This document shows positions 12,952 to 24,152 of a stretch of 32,377 bases of DNA, one piece after another. Numbering within the stretch: the first letter of the stretch is position 1; each line of letters begins with the position of its first letter. The position numbers and the translations under genes are program-made. The stretch comes from Bipalium vagum (taxonomy: Eukaryota), in contig JBBMKC010234931.1 of the NCBI GenBank assembly GCA_037834085.1, forward strand, positions 1-32,377, given 5' to 3'. The notes below the pieces were generated by a model. It was given only the letters and a program-made list of their open reading frames with translations, was not told the origin of the DNA and searched no databases.

Positions 12952-15900
12952 TAATCTGATTTTAAAAAAATAATCAAAGTTTCCAGAAGGATATTATAAA
13001 ACTTACTTCCATTTGTCATAAACTTATTTGGATCATATGAAAATCCACTTGGATCCAAGGGAAATCCACAGTAGCTGTGTTCACCGTTCATTTGCATATT
13101 CACAATTGTTCGAATATCATGTCTAAAATGTATCAAATTACTGTTTTTTTATTCTGTAAATTAATTTTTAAATAATTAAAAATTACAATCAGTTGGGAAC
13201 GCTTAAGATTTAAAAATTTTATATATTTAGGCATATAAAATTATTTATTATTATTTGTTATAATTATTTATTTTATGATAGTATAATTTTCAATGTCACC
13301 TAAAAACCCTAAAAAAATATATAAATTTTTTAGAAAAACTGAAAAGCGAATAAAATAAAATATTCTACAATGTGTTCCAATTTAAGATTAAATTTTAAAT
13401 TTCATTCCATTTACTTCGGTTTTGTTTTATTAAATCAGTATTTTTGGAATAACCAATCGTAATTCACGTCGTTCTAAAAATAAATCGTTATACTGTTATG
13501 GTAAAAATTATTTTAAATATAGAGAAAGTTATGTTGAAGTTATCACAAAAATTGGTAATCATGAACAATCTGGCTTTTAAATATAATAATTTTTAATTTA
13601 CATAAACATTTTTAAGATGTATTCAAGCATAATAACATACCAATAGTGGTAATCATAAAAATTATTATAAAAGTTATACCTAATAGATTGTCAAATTCCA
13701 TTTTTAATTTTAATATTAAATTTTAAATAATTTAGACAATAATTTTAATATATATATAGTAAAAAAATAAAATTTTAGGTATCTATGTAGAATCCAAGGT
13801 CATTTAAAATCCAGGTTGTTCATGATTACCACAAAAATTTAGGTCTGAATACGGAAGAAAAAGTTGTTCATCACATGTCAAGAATATCTTAGAATTGGTC
13901 GTTTAGAAAAATATATTACAGCTGAAAGCTGTAGTATGAATGAGAAAACACAAAGGTCAATACATCGCCATTCACAACAACTAACCATTCCAAGAACAAA
14001 GTTATTCAGAATTTGACATGACGATCTTCATTTAAAGGCGTTCAAGATTCACATAACTAAACAAATAAAGCCGGGAGACTTTGAATTACGTCATAAATTC
14101 AGTAAATGGGCCATTGAAAAAAAAGATCTTTAAATATGTATATTTAACGCGCTACTTTACAATTAAGAGGAAATCTTTTTGTTCCATATTCAAAATATCG
14201 CTCAACAAAATGATATATTTAGTGTATTACTGGTCAAAAGGCTGCAGTTCAAGACATTGGTGTGTCCGTATCAATAATAAGACATTTCTATGCTCTTATG
14301 CGAGAAAATTGCGAATTGTTTCTTAAAGAAACCCTATTTTTCATGGTAGGAAAGAACGAATCATAAAAATTGAAGAATCCTTATTTCGGTAAGATTTTAA
14401 TATTTTTTAATAATTATATTTATATATTTTACAGGTTCAAGCCTAAATATTATAAAGGTCGTCCCTCGGAACACGAGGTATCGGTGTTTGAGATAGTGGA
14501 TGATTCCAGTCCTACTGAAACATTTTTTACCTTAGTCAACAATAGAAGTGATGCCACTTTGTTACCCATTATAAGAAACGTGGTTAATAAAGGATCAGTA
14601 TAATGAGTGGTGAGTGGAAAGTCTATTGTCAATTGGCTAAGGATACAAATTTTATTCATCCCACAGTCAATCACAAACATAATTTTGTGAAAAAGAGACC
14701 GGCGCCAATATCCAGCGTATTAAATATACGTTGTGACGTCAAAAAGTATCTAGAATGAAAGACATAATCAACAGATAAATTAATTTAAACTTACTTAAAT
14801 ATAAATCTTTTTATATACATCAATAAAATCAGTATATGTCTATAAATAATATGCCTTATTCAATTTAATTTTAATTTTATTGCAGAAAATGTCATTCGAG
14901 CTACAATATCGTTCAGTTATTCGTTTTTTAGTTTTACGAAAAATAAAGTCATCAGAAATCATGCAACAACTTCAAGAAGCATATAATGATGAAGTCCATC
15001 CCAAGCTACAATTTACTTCTAGATTAAACAATTTAAAAGAGGTCGGACAAATGTAAATGATGATATTAGAAGCGGTAGGCCTGTTTTAATTTCCGGAAAA
15101 AATAGAAAATTTGCAAAATATTGTGCAAAATGAACGAAGAATCACCATAAAAGCCCAGGCAGATCGACTAAAAGTTAGTTATGGGTCTATTCATGCGATG
15201 CTCAAATAGTTAGGAATAAGAAAACTATGTTCTCGATTTGTGCCATACTTTTTAACAATGGAAATGTATGCAAATCGTCTGATGTGTTGTCAAGAGAACA
15301 TGAATTTGTTTGAGCTGGACAATTTCTGGACAATATCATAACCGAAGATGAAACTTCGCTTTCTTTATATCTTCCGAATGACCGAAGAACCTCAGCCGAG
15401 TGGAAATTTCCTGATGAAGTGGCTACACGCAAGTTGAAGAGTGGATTAAATCACAAAAAAGCCCTCTTTTGGAATTCCAGAGGCATTATCCATATGGATT
15501 TTGCTGAGAGAGATGTTCGAATAACTGGCGAATACTACGCAAGTTTATTGTTAACAGCTAGACAGAAAATACGAAAGCCCTACCGACAAAATATGTACTT
15601 ATTGCATGACAATGCACCAGTTCACCAATATCGTGATTAACAGGCTGCTATTGAACAGACAGACTTTATACCGCTTTCACATCCTCCCTACAGTCCAGAC
15701 TTAGCCCCTAGTGATTTCTATCTGTTCTCGCATCTGAAGAAGGCTCTAAAAGGTCGAAGATTTGCAAACCAAGAAGAAATGAAGCTCAGCACTGAGAAAT
15801 TCTTTGGAAATTGTTTGTCAGAATTTTATAAAATAGCGTTTGAAAACCTTCCTATCCGTTGGCAAAAATGTATTGAGGCCTTAGGAAGTTATATAGAAAA

Positions 15901-17041
15901 ATGAATAATATTTTATGTCTTGTAACTTTTCATGTAATTTTTATACTAATATAATTGTTCCTTCGGCTTCATTCTAGATACTTTTTGACGTCACCACGTA
16001 TCTGGGGAACATTAAAAAGTGACAAAATGTTTGAGGGAAATATATGGAAAGGTACCTGGCCGAATGGACTTGGAGAAAAAATTTTCTAAAGAAAGATCTC
16101 AATGCCGTATTTGATTTATTAAATAAATTGTTTTTATTGTTTTTTAATTGTCTTTCTATCGTTTTTATTCATAGTAAGTAAATTTTTTTTGTAATATTTT
16201 TTTGGATTGGAAAATGAACATGATTATGGGGATGTGTTATAAAACAAACATGAAAACCATAAGTGAGTTAGAAAAAACATGGGTTGAAAATATCTTTAAA
16301 CTAAGAAATTTAAAAGTAAAAACTGATGGGAATTTATTTTAACACTTTGGTTTATTAAAAAAAATAGAATATTATAACATTTTTATTAATTAATAAATGC
16401 ATTTTTGCTTAGCGTATAATTTAGTTTTACAATGAATATAAATTAAATATGTTAGAACAAAGTTTTATATTTTTATTGGATATTCATTTATACAAATTAT
16501 TTAATTAATTACTAAAATTAATAATCACGGTATTATAGTACATTTGAGATTCTAAGCTGGTTTACTATTAATAGACATGAAAATTCAAAATATAAATGAG
16601 TAATTAACATAATAAAAATACTTAATGAATTGGTTGATTAAATCATATTTCTCTATATATTCATTACTAGGACGAGCCATCGCCAATATACTGTTAGTTA
16701 TCCTTAATTGTCATATATGATAATTTTCATTGCACAATATATTATACCATGTTGAATATAAGCCCTCAATAGCCATCTTTTCAGGTGGGAATCTAGACAT
16801 AGGCTTACAGTATTTGCAATCAGTACCACAAAAATATTTACAAAATCCATCACCAGATAACAAATTTGGTTTTGTTTTATCACTTATTTTTTCTTTTAAA
16901 GAAATAATTACTTAAATATAATAATAATAATAGAAAAAATAACATACCATTTGAATTGTGTAAAATCGTATCTTCTAACAATTCATTATTATAAATGTTG
17001 AATTCAAAATCATTATCAGAATTCGATTCTAATTGATCCAT
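652..17041 (-). CDS. PTPDC1: Protein tyrosine phosphatase domain-containing protein 1 (PTPDC1-like dual-specificity phosphatase), spliced, ~490 aa
   Basis: Hand-spliced GT-AG exons (minus): 17041-16948, 16892(or 16910)-16748, 16702-16622, 13122-13007, 12808-12787, 12731-12625, 12580-12493, 12147-12058, 9279-9180, 7882-7821, 7458-7407 (tentative), 3671-3586, 2187-2086, 2027-1941, 885-652 (TGA). Translation gives FCGTDCKYC..MAIEGLYSTWITNSILAMARPS..IVNMQMNGEHSYCG..FNFPCDDYG..KIAIHCHAGHGRTGMVIACYL..VRKKRSGSIQ..RRQKKLVHGKEAYVLDYVPKII..NLNKTDDIW..DWLDNLKFPV, colinear with PTPDC1 and including the CX5R motif. Phases are consistent except at one junction (7407 to 3671). Confidence 0.9.
2289..3452 (+). 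mobile_element. Decayed mariner (DD34D, irritans-like) remnant in a PTPDC1 intron
   Basis: Degenerate motifs FL*ILVKDDET*IY (~2954-2995), IVPQHSYSSDLAL (~3169-3210) and C-terminal RKGFNCWIRRWHVCIERN*DYVED* (~3315-3389). Ends are approximate and TIRs eroded. Confidence 0.75.
3800..4580 (-). mobile_element. Decayed mariner (mellifera-like) remnant
   Basis: Minus-strand FGYKKIFEICDQKLSEKNLISRISICEC*LKRNEI*IFLKNMFTRNKKWITYDKNVR aligns to the mariner segment spanning WVPHxL...TGDEKWI. Boundaries approximate. Confidence 0.7.
4783..7306 (-). mobile_element. DD37E-type Tc1/IS630-superfamily transposon (decayed), split by a nested mariner
   Basis: Imperfect TIRs CACCCTAAAAATAAAAATGAGACTTT (from 4783) and AAAGTCTCATTTTTTATTTATAGAGTG (to 7306), with TA at 7307-8. 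N-terminal HTH/GRP (LPKSTVYRLI..KKGTGRPP, ~7050-6960), ILDDESYF (~5480), FWLNLSSFHY (second D decayed to N) and PEARPIE, with 37 residues between the last two catalytic positions. About 1.27 kb without the insert. Confidence 0.8.
5485..6734 (+). mobile_element. Full-length decayed mariner (DD34D), 1250 bp
   Basis: TIRs TTAGGTGTATGCAT.. and ..ATACATACACCTAA, TA duplication at 5483-4 and 6735-6. Motifs MSDENIYY*HCIRYEFQQGK, WVSYEL, HDNSRP, HAVYSPDLAPTDYHLF; 34-aa D-D spacing; many stops and frameshifts. Confidence 0.92.
9455..10130 (-). mobile_element. Decayed mariner (cecropia-like) remnant
   Basis: Minus-strand fragments TCDKKWI, LVNRSNPIL*HDNVR, HSPDIDPTEYHFF and GVNKLPIKRQKCI appear in mariner order. 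Ends approximate. Confidence 0.7.
10208..10670 (-). mobile_element. 463-bp internally deleted DD34E (IS630/Tc1, Gambol-like) element with perfect TIRs
   Basis: Perfect 27-bp TIR TAGGGTTATGCAAGTTTATATTTGCAT (10208-10234 and 10644-10670) flanked by TA. The interior encodes IMDNARIH...PYSPQLNPIEEFF (34-aa D-E spacing), i.e. only the C-terminal half of the transposase. Confidence 0.9.
10700..10873 (+). mobile_element. piggyBac-like transposase C-terminal Cys-rich domain fragment
   Basis: Frame reads IVGSCHVCRCLCRTQRKTKKCCNSCNKPMCAEH, fitting the CxxC..RKT..CxxCxxPxCxxH cross-brace finger of piggyBac transposases. No catalytic domain or TIR seen. Confidence 0.55.
12885..12948. repeat. (AAT)n microsatellite in a PTPDC1 intron
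   Basis: About 21 perfect AAT units; source of the poly-Tyr run in the ORF track. Confidence 0.95.
13790..14123 (+). mobile_element. rosa/DD41D-like Tc1-mariner transposase N-terminal fragment
   Basis: QRSIHRHSQQLTIPRTKLFRI*HDDLHLKAFKIHITKQIKPGDFELRHKFSKWAIEK resembles the SIRRRSQQL..ILRKDL..YKIQLVQELKPxD HTH segment of this family. Truncated before the catalytic domain, so D-D spacing is not seen. Confidence 0.6.
14150..16128 (+). mobile_element. Merlin (IS1016/IS1595-like) transposase pseudogene with a spliceosomal intron, split by a nested mariner
   Basis: Reconstructed IKIEESLFR|FKPKYYKGRP..VFEIVD..VNNRSDATLLPIIRNVVNKGSV..SGEWKVY..TVNHKHNFV..TGANIQRIKY^IWGTLK matches Merlin motifs (IDES, KYxRGR, TLxPII, SDxWxxY, HxTVNH, TQxIESxW). 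The catalytic residues have decayed and TIRs were not located. Confidence 0.82.
14729..15998 (+). mobile_element. Full-length mariner (DD34D, irritans-like), 1270 bp, transposase disrupted
   Basis: Near-perfect TIR CGT(T/G)GTGACGTCAAAAAGTATCTAGAATGAA with TA at 14727-8 and 15999-16000. ORF 14889-15904 has IITEDET, LLHDNAPVH, HPPYSPDLAPSDFYLF and ends RWQKCIEALGSYIEK*. A few stops and frameshifts. Confidence 0.95.
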
Positions 17042-18020
17042 TTTTTAATAATGTATATTTAAATCAAACTTTTCAATATGTATACTAGCAACAATCAAAT
17101 CCATTATATTATAACAAAACAATAAAATGTATATGAATTTATATAAATTTTTACACTTTCATTATATTCACTATTAAAAATACATAATTTTGATTATTCA
17201 GTTTAATTTTTCAAATGTGTTGAGAAATTTCTTAATAAGGTAATTTTAAAATTCAAACTGAAGGCAATTATGGATTACTTTTTATGGATAAATTTTTATA
17301 AATGTTTGGAAATTTTATCCATTTTATTACTTATTTTATAATCGGTTATGTAATAAGTAATTATAATATCTCTGATTTTTACCATACTCTATTTTATTAA
17401 ACTTTTTTTCGGTTACCAGTTATGGCAATTATTAGTGGTTAAACAATATTACTAAATTGTATCATATAATAAAAAGTCAATTTGAAATAAATATTAAAAA
17501 ATCTTACAAAGAAATAATTTTAAAAAGTTATATATTAATTCTACTAAAATAATTAATACTAATAGATAAGAAAAAACGTTATTAAGTTTTTTAACGCTCT
17601 AATTTTATATTTATTGGATCACTCATTATTATAATAAAATTAATTTATTATGTTAGAGTAATAAAAATTTATTATTTAAGTGGTAAAATAGACAATTTAA
17701 AGATATAAAAAAGTATTTTTTATTACTACTTAAGAAAGTTTTAATAAAAAATTCCTAAAGTTCTAATTACTATTAAAGAAAGTTATGTTAATGTATTGTT
17801 GCCTTACGTGCTAATTAATGTAAGTACGTTTTTTAAAAGACCAATGAAAAACTTTAAACTTAGCAAATTATGAATAGTTGTTATGGCTATTTGTTGTTTG
17901 TATTTGTTATGTTATCAATACTGGATAACCAGAAAATTAAAATTCCAGCATAACTTTTAACTGTCAAAAAGATTAAATGTATTGAAAACAAAAAATTCAT
18001 TTTTGAAATAAAAAATATTT

Positions 18021-19376
18021 CTATTCAAGAATAGTGGTTTCAACAATTTTTCTCGTTACGGAATATGGATCACAATTGGCTGAAGGTCTTCGGTCTTCCA
18101 AATAACCACATCCATCATCTGCCACCTGTCGCTGAATTCGAATTGAGGTTCCACGATTAGCTACTCCTGAAAATTAATAATTAAATATATAAAAGTTTTT
18201 TTTTCATACCTGCTGAAAAATCATTAATTGAACTGGTCTCATGATGCCCAGTTAATCTTCGTTTGTTGTCTTCTCCATTTCTTGGATCATAGACTTTAAT
18301 ATGTTCCATGTGAGATCTTGACATCTTTTCAATAGCTTCTTCAATATATCTAGAAAATACGAAAATGAAAATATGAATTTTTAACCGTTTATATTACTTT
18401 AATCCACCGGTCGCTCTCATTTGATTTGTCGAGTAATTAGTATGTGCTCCAGCACCATTCCATAAACCAGGAACTGGTTTTGGATCAAGCGTGACAATAA
18501 CTCCAGCACATTCTGCAATTCGATGAAGAATGTATCGCGCCATCCACAGATGATCTCCAGCATCGATTCCTTCAAGAGGACCTACTTGAAATTCCCACTG
18601 AATAAAAAATTAAATAATTAATTGACTTTAATCTACGAAAATTTTCAAACCTGTGACGGCATTACTTCCATGTTCGTTCCTCCAATCTTTACTCCAGCAT
18701 AAATACATGCTTTAAAATGAGCATCACTGATATCCCGACCCCAGATTTTATCTGCACCAACCCCACAATAATATTCTCCTAAGTAAAAAAATAAAAATTT
18801 TAAAAGGGCTAATCACCGCTTACCTTGAGGTTTTGGATATCCCATTTTAGGCCATCCTAGGGGATGCATATCTCTGTCCAACAAAGTATATTCTTGTTCA
18901 ATGCCAAACCACGGTTCATATTCAGCTGCTTTGTCCATAACTTCTTTACACTTGTTTCTCAGATTGGTTACTAAAAGTTTTATTAAAAATTCAAAAAATC
19001 AAAAGATCTTCTCTTACCATGTGGAACGTTATCATATGTATAAGTGTCACAAAGTACTAATTTATTATTTCCTCTCAGAAAAGGATCGTTGAAAATAGCA
19101 ATTGGATGCAAATAAATATCCGAATTGCTACCTTCAGCTTGGCCAGTGCTACTTCCATCGAAATTCCAAATCGATAGTTCTGATAAAAAATTAAATAATT
19201 TCTTAACTGAATATAGTTATACCTGATGGCTTGGATGGAATGAAATCGATAGTTTTTGATTTTCCTCGTAAATGTTCTCCAGTTCCATCAATCCAGATAT
19301 ATGTTACTATGACGACATTGTCTGGTTGAGGTAAAGATAGAAACTCTCCTAATTTTTTTCTTAAATTATTGTTCAT
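18021..19376 (-). CDS. GLUL: Glutamine synthetase type II, 358 aa, 7 exons
   Basis: Exons (minus) 19376-19223, 19179-19018, 18970-18824, 18778-18651, 18597-18398, 18349-18210, 18166-18021 (TAG) sum to 1077 nt in one frame; GT-AG introns of 43-53 nt. Motifs [90 protein letters not shown]. Confidence 0.98.
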
Positions 19377-20009
19377 CGAAGAAAGATTGAAATAAATTTA
19401 TTAAAAAATTATATAAACAAATTTCACAGTTTCCGTAATTTTATTTTTTCAAAATTAATATTGAGTAATTTTAAATAAAATACGGAATTTTCATTTTACT
19501 ATTAAAAGTAACATTAATATAAAAATTTAATATTAAAAATTGTAAGACTTTAAATTATGCTTTCAAAAAAATTCAAAACTGTTATTGCCTTAAGGAAAAT
19601 GAAGATTATGAAAATTGAACTTTAGTTATTACATATGTATAGTCAATTATTATAGTTAATAGTCAAATCAAATAACTATTTAAACATTTTTACTGTTTTT
19701 TTTAATTTTCACTTTAATATTTTTATTCCTCTTATAATTTTTCTATAATATTTTTAATTTTTTAAAAAGACTACTGTTGAAAATAACAAAATTATCACTT
19801 CACCTGTAGTTGATGTAATAATCAGTCAAAACCACAATAAAATTCATTTTCTGTTTCGCTCTATAAATTTACTGAATTCTGATTCACCTAAAAGTGAAGA
19901 TTTTGATTTTAATTATATACAATCAATAATTTATTAATTGTTATAATTATAATAATATATCATTAGAATCAATTAGTATATCAATTAATCAGAACTTTAA
20001 TTATAAGGA

Positions 20010-21790
20010 TACTTCAATGATAAAAGACTGAAATGTTATGTAATAAAAAGTGGCAAGATGATCACAGATTAAATTAATGTCAATGAAAAAACACAAAGAA
20101 TAATACTCTCACGAACCAAGAAATAATTGGTACTTGGGCCGTAAGATAGACACTACTAGTCACATACGGTCGACCTTATTTGATAATATCAATTAATTCT
20201 CCTGGTAAATTTTGAAAAATATTATGATATATTCTTTAGTGAATACAGTTAAAGATCTGATTCACGGAAAGATACCATTGAATCAAGTATCCGCAGAATA
20301 ATTAAATCAATTCTTGACCTTGGTCGTCAGTCATCTATTAAGTTTTAGATTGAAGCATAAGTTCTTTCGTTTTTTAATCATATATTAGTCAATAATATTT
20401 AAGCAAAAATAAAGATATCTATTTCATGATGAACAAAAAGATCAATCAGATAATAATTGTCCATAATTATTTACAATTTTTTCCATGCGTTGTGCCAATT
20501 TGTTGATCCTGTTTTGCCAAAATTGCGCTGGTCTGTGATGAAAGTAATTCTTAAGCCATTTCTTCAGATCATCATTATTATTGAATTTTAAGTGACGAAT
20601 TTTTTTAAAAAGCGAAAGAAAAAGGTGCTCCAGACTGTATGGAGGTTGAGTCAAAACCTCCCAACCGAGTTCCTGGATGACCGTCTTTGTGAGCTGCGCC
20701 TTTTGTGGTCGGGCGTTACTGGTCCTTGGGGATCAGGTCGCATCTCTTGAATAACTTAATTCATGCGATGCAATTGGTCTACGTAAAGTTGCTGGTTCAT
20801 TTTGCGATTATATGGTAGCATTTCAAAATAAATGAAACCCTTCCAGTCCCAAGTACACTGATAATTGTCTTGCGACCATGAAGACCTTTCTTAAATTGAC
20901 ACGTTGCTGGTTCGCTCCTGCTTACCCATTGTCTCCTTTTTCGATCATTTCCTTGTAATAATTGCATTCTTCTCGAAAGGCTGGAGGGATCGATCTGGTC
21001 TCAATCTTATATGAATATTATATACAATCACTGACACAAAGCTTCCAATTACTGCCTTCTGCTTCCACTCTTTTTGTAATTCGACCAAAATTTCAACAAG
21101 TTTTAGATTGTGCTCAATTAAGGATGCTCTTACATAGCTAAATAAAGGCGGTAAATATTGACAACTGAAATGCTGGTGGACAAAGATCAAAGCTGCTATT
21201 TTCCAGTTGAAAAATTGGCATTCTATCATCTTATCATTCATAAAAATAAAAAAAGCATTTACATTAAATTTGCCCAATACTTTCAACTAGACAAGTTGAG
21301 CGAAGGCCTGGTCTATACTAGAGATTCAAAATGCTTATCGAGATTGTCCATAAACTGGTACAAAACTCAACGAATGACACATGGAGTGATCAAAAAAGTG
21401 CTGGAAGATTTGCCAAGAATATTGGGTCTTCAAAATTGTAAAAATAAAAACTGTATTTAAGTTGAAAATATCGAGGTATTTTATCCATCGACCATGATCA
21501 TACTCTATCCAAATAAATGCAAAGCATGGAAGTGCAAATGAAGGATGTCGAAGATACCCAGAATCAGAAGAATCACTAGCACATGTTCTCGTCGGATGTG
21601 CACCTTTAAGAATATTCATCTTCTGTTGTCACAACTTAATTATTTGACTATTTAGCTCAACAAATCACATCTTACACAGAGACAAGGGTAGATATCAAGG
21701 TTGAGAGCCAATACATTCAATCAACAATGCACATTGACCTACTTATCGAGTTCACAAAATCAAAAAAACTATTTATAATCAATAGCGCAT
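20010..21790 (+). mobile_element. Decayed RLE-clade (R2/NeSL/R4-like) non-LTR retrotransposon 3' half, interrupted by a mariner fragment
   Basis: Fragments in order: WYLGRKI (RT domain 7-like, ~20128), IESSIRRIIKSILDLGRQSSI (~20278-20340), LHSSRKAGGIDLVSILYEYYIQS (GGLG-like, from ~20962), CRRYPESEESLAHVLVGC (CX2[C>Y]X8HX4C knuckle, 21546-21599), then CHN (decayed RHN). Ends approximate. Confidence 0.6.
20345..20950 (-). mobile_element. Mariner 3' half (5'-truncated)
   Basis: Minus-strand WDWKGFIYFEMLP, IQELGWEVLTQPPYS and FWQNRINKLAQRMEKIVNNYG. TIR-like TTAGATTGAAGCATAAGTTCTTTCGTTTT at ~20345-20375. Confidence 0.8.
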
Positions 21791-22899
21791 GAAAAGACAA
21801 TTTTGATTTAAAAAACAAGATTATTTTGTGTGTTCATAAAAAATGGTTTATTTATTCATTTATTTGTTTATTTCATTCAATTTTTTAGTTAATGTAAAAG
21901 AATTCTTCCACAAATGTCAAAAGAAAATAAAATATAAATAAATAATAATAATAATAAATAATAATAATTATTATTATTATACAAAAACATATGTATTAAA
22001 ACAAAAATATAAAAAATATTACAAAAAAAAATAGTAAGTAGATATGACTAAAAAAGATTTTAAGAGAAAATTAAAGATATTGAAAATATTATTAGTAAAT
22101 ACGTTTAAAGAATAAATATAAAACAATTAATTATGGAAAATAATATTTACTATTTATAAAAGTAATATTAGAAAATTATGTATATAAGTACAAAATTTTA
22201 ATTAAAAAAACCAGATCAGAAAATACAATCAGCAATAGAACCAGGTAACAATCACGAAATTAATACGAGACGATAACGCATCAAAATTGATATAAAGGCA
22301 CAGGAAATTTCTATCAAAAGGAGAAAAATTGTATTTATTATTATTTATTATTTAATATTTATTAATTCTTGTAATATATTAACAAGTATTCCTTCTTAAA
22401 TTCATATTAATCGCTTATTAATTTGGTAATTCTTGTGAACTACATAATTATCTAATTTAATCTTTTAAGTAAATGTTACGGCTTAGCCCTAAAATGATAT
22501 AATTTTTGTGGGTCATTTCTTTAATTCAGATCAAGATGTTTTTGTTCTTAGTTTACATACCAATTAGGGTAGTGAATTACATTTCTTTGAGGGCTTTTGA
22601 TACACTGATATTTATATCAGTTCGAAAAGATTTCTTTCCTTTAATTAACCGAAATTTTGTGGAATCTTTCTTAAAGAGGATTGTTATTATAACTCTGGTT
22701 ATTTACAATCTGGTTATTGTAAATAGAAGATTTAAATTGAAATTTTCACTTAATATAAATAAAATTTTGTATATGTGAATTACAGTTAATTTCTTTATTC
22801 GGTTTAAAAAGATTTCTCATTAAACGAATAAAACCTTCTACTGTTAAGCTCTTAACCTGCTCCACCTTTATTTAAGAGACTTAACACATGTTTAATCTA

Positions 22900-24152
22900 T
22901 CAGGTTGAGTCAAAAGTTATTCATGTTTTTAGTTATATAAAGTTCTTATTTTACCATATCATTTAATAATAATATTTATATGATAAATTTGGTGTCATTT
23001 AAAAACCCTTGAAAAGGAAAATGTAATTAAATTTTAAAAATTAAATTTATAAAATTCTATTCTCTTCATTTTTGCAGTTAGAATAATTGACGAAAAAGCA
23101 GTTATTCGGATCCTATTATGTCATATTTGAAAAAAGGTCTAATAGCTGCAGCTGCGACTCGAGAAATTTTCGACGTGGAAGGCGAGGATATGCTCAAGGT
23201 AAAAACCGCTCAGTGATGATTTGGTGGCTTTAATCAGGGAGATACCAGTCTTGAAGATCAGAAACGTTCAGGTCGACCATCTGTGGTTAACAAGAGTAGC
23301 AGCCCAGTACAAGCACCCGAAGACTGTCAGAGGAGCTCAGACATTCTCAAAGCACCATCGTTCGTCAGCTGCATAACATGGGTTTTGTAAAAAAAGTACA
23401 CTCTGAATTCTCCACGAATTGACAGATAATCAATCCAAGCGTCGAGTTGATCTTTATTACTCCAGAATCCCAAAGACAACCGCTATTGGAGGCACATTAT
23501 TACAAGAGAAGAAAAGTGGGTTTTCTTCCGTAATTCTAGTGGAGATGAACTGGGGCTTCTTTTTGGCCACCCAACTCAGGAAGTTGTTTCATAAGATCGC
23601 TTTGAAAAGACAGTGATGTTGCGCATTTGGTAGAATTATGATGAACCTGTGCACTGGGAGCTTCTTCCGGATAGTCGAGCTATTGATGGTAACCTATATA
23701 CTTAACAACTACAATGAGTTCCTGATGCTTTGAGCCCTCGTTAGCCAGCATTGCTGATTCGAGGTAGAGCACTCAGCATGATAATGCTTCCTCTCATACA
23801 TCACGAAGAGTGAAGCGGAAAGTTTAGGAAATGCAAGGCATTGAAGTCATCTCCCACCCAGCGAATAGCCGGATATCGTTCCTTCTGATTATCATATGTT
23901 TCATTCTCTCTCTCACATTATTTACGAGGGAGACGTTTTGGTTCAGAGGAAGAGCTCAAAAATGGAATAATCGAATTCTTCACCTCAAAAAACCTGAGTG
24001 ATATGGCCATGGAATTGACCAATTGGCAGAAAGATGGTTTCGAGTTATAAAAACTGATGAACTATATTTCGAGGATTAATATGATCTGTGTTAAAAAAAA
24101 TTATAAATAAAATATTTGTTTAAAAATATGAATAACTTTTGACTCAACTTGA
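22900..24152 (+). mobile_element. Full-length decayed mariner, 1253 bp
   Basis: TIRs TCAGGTTGAGTCAAAAGTTATTCATGTTTT and AAAATATGAATAACTTTTGACTCAACTTGA (2 mismatches), TA on the left. Motifs GDTSLEDQKRSGRP, PHELTDNQ, EEKWV, QHDNAS, DIVPSDYHMF. Confidence 0.92.

Noticed and set aside
12837-13136. ORF with a poly-tyrosine tract
   Set aside because: The real exon ends at 13007 (GTAAGT donor); the Tyr run is an intronic (AAT)n microsatellite.
16730-16915. Plus-strand 61-aa ORF (likewise 18901-19092, 14450-14680, 15202-15432, 29538-29723, 31424-31621)
   Set aside because: These are antisense shadows of PTPDC1, GS, transposase or UNC-45 coding sequence.
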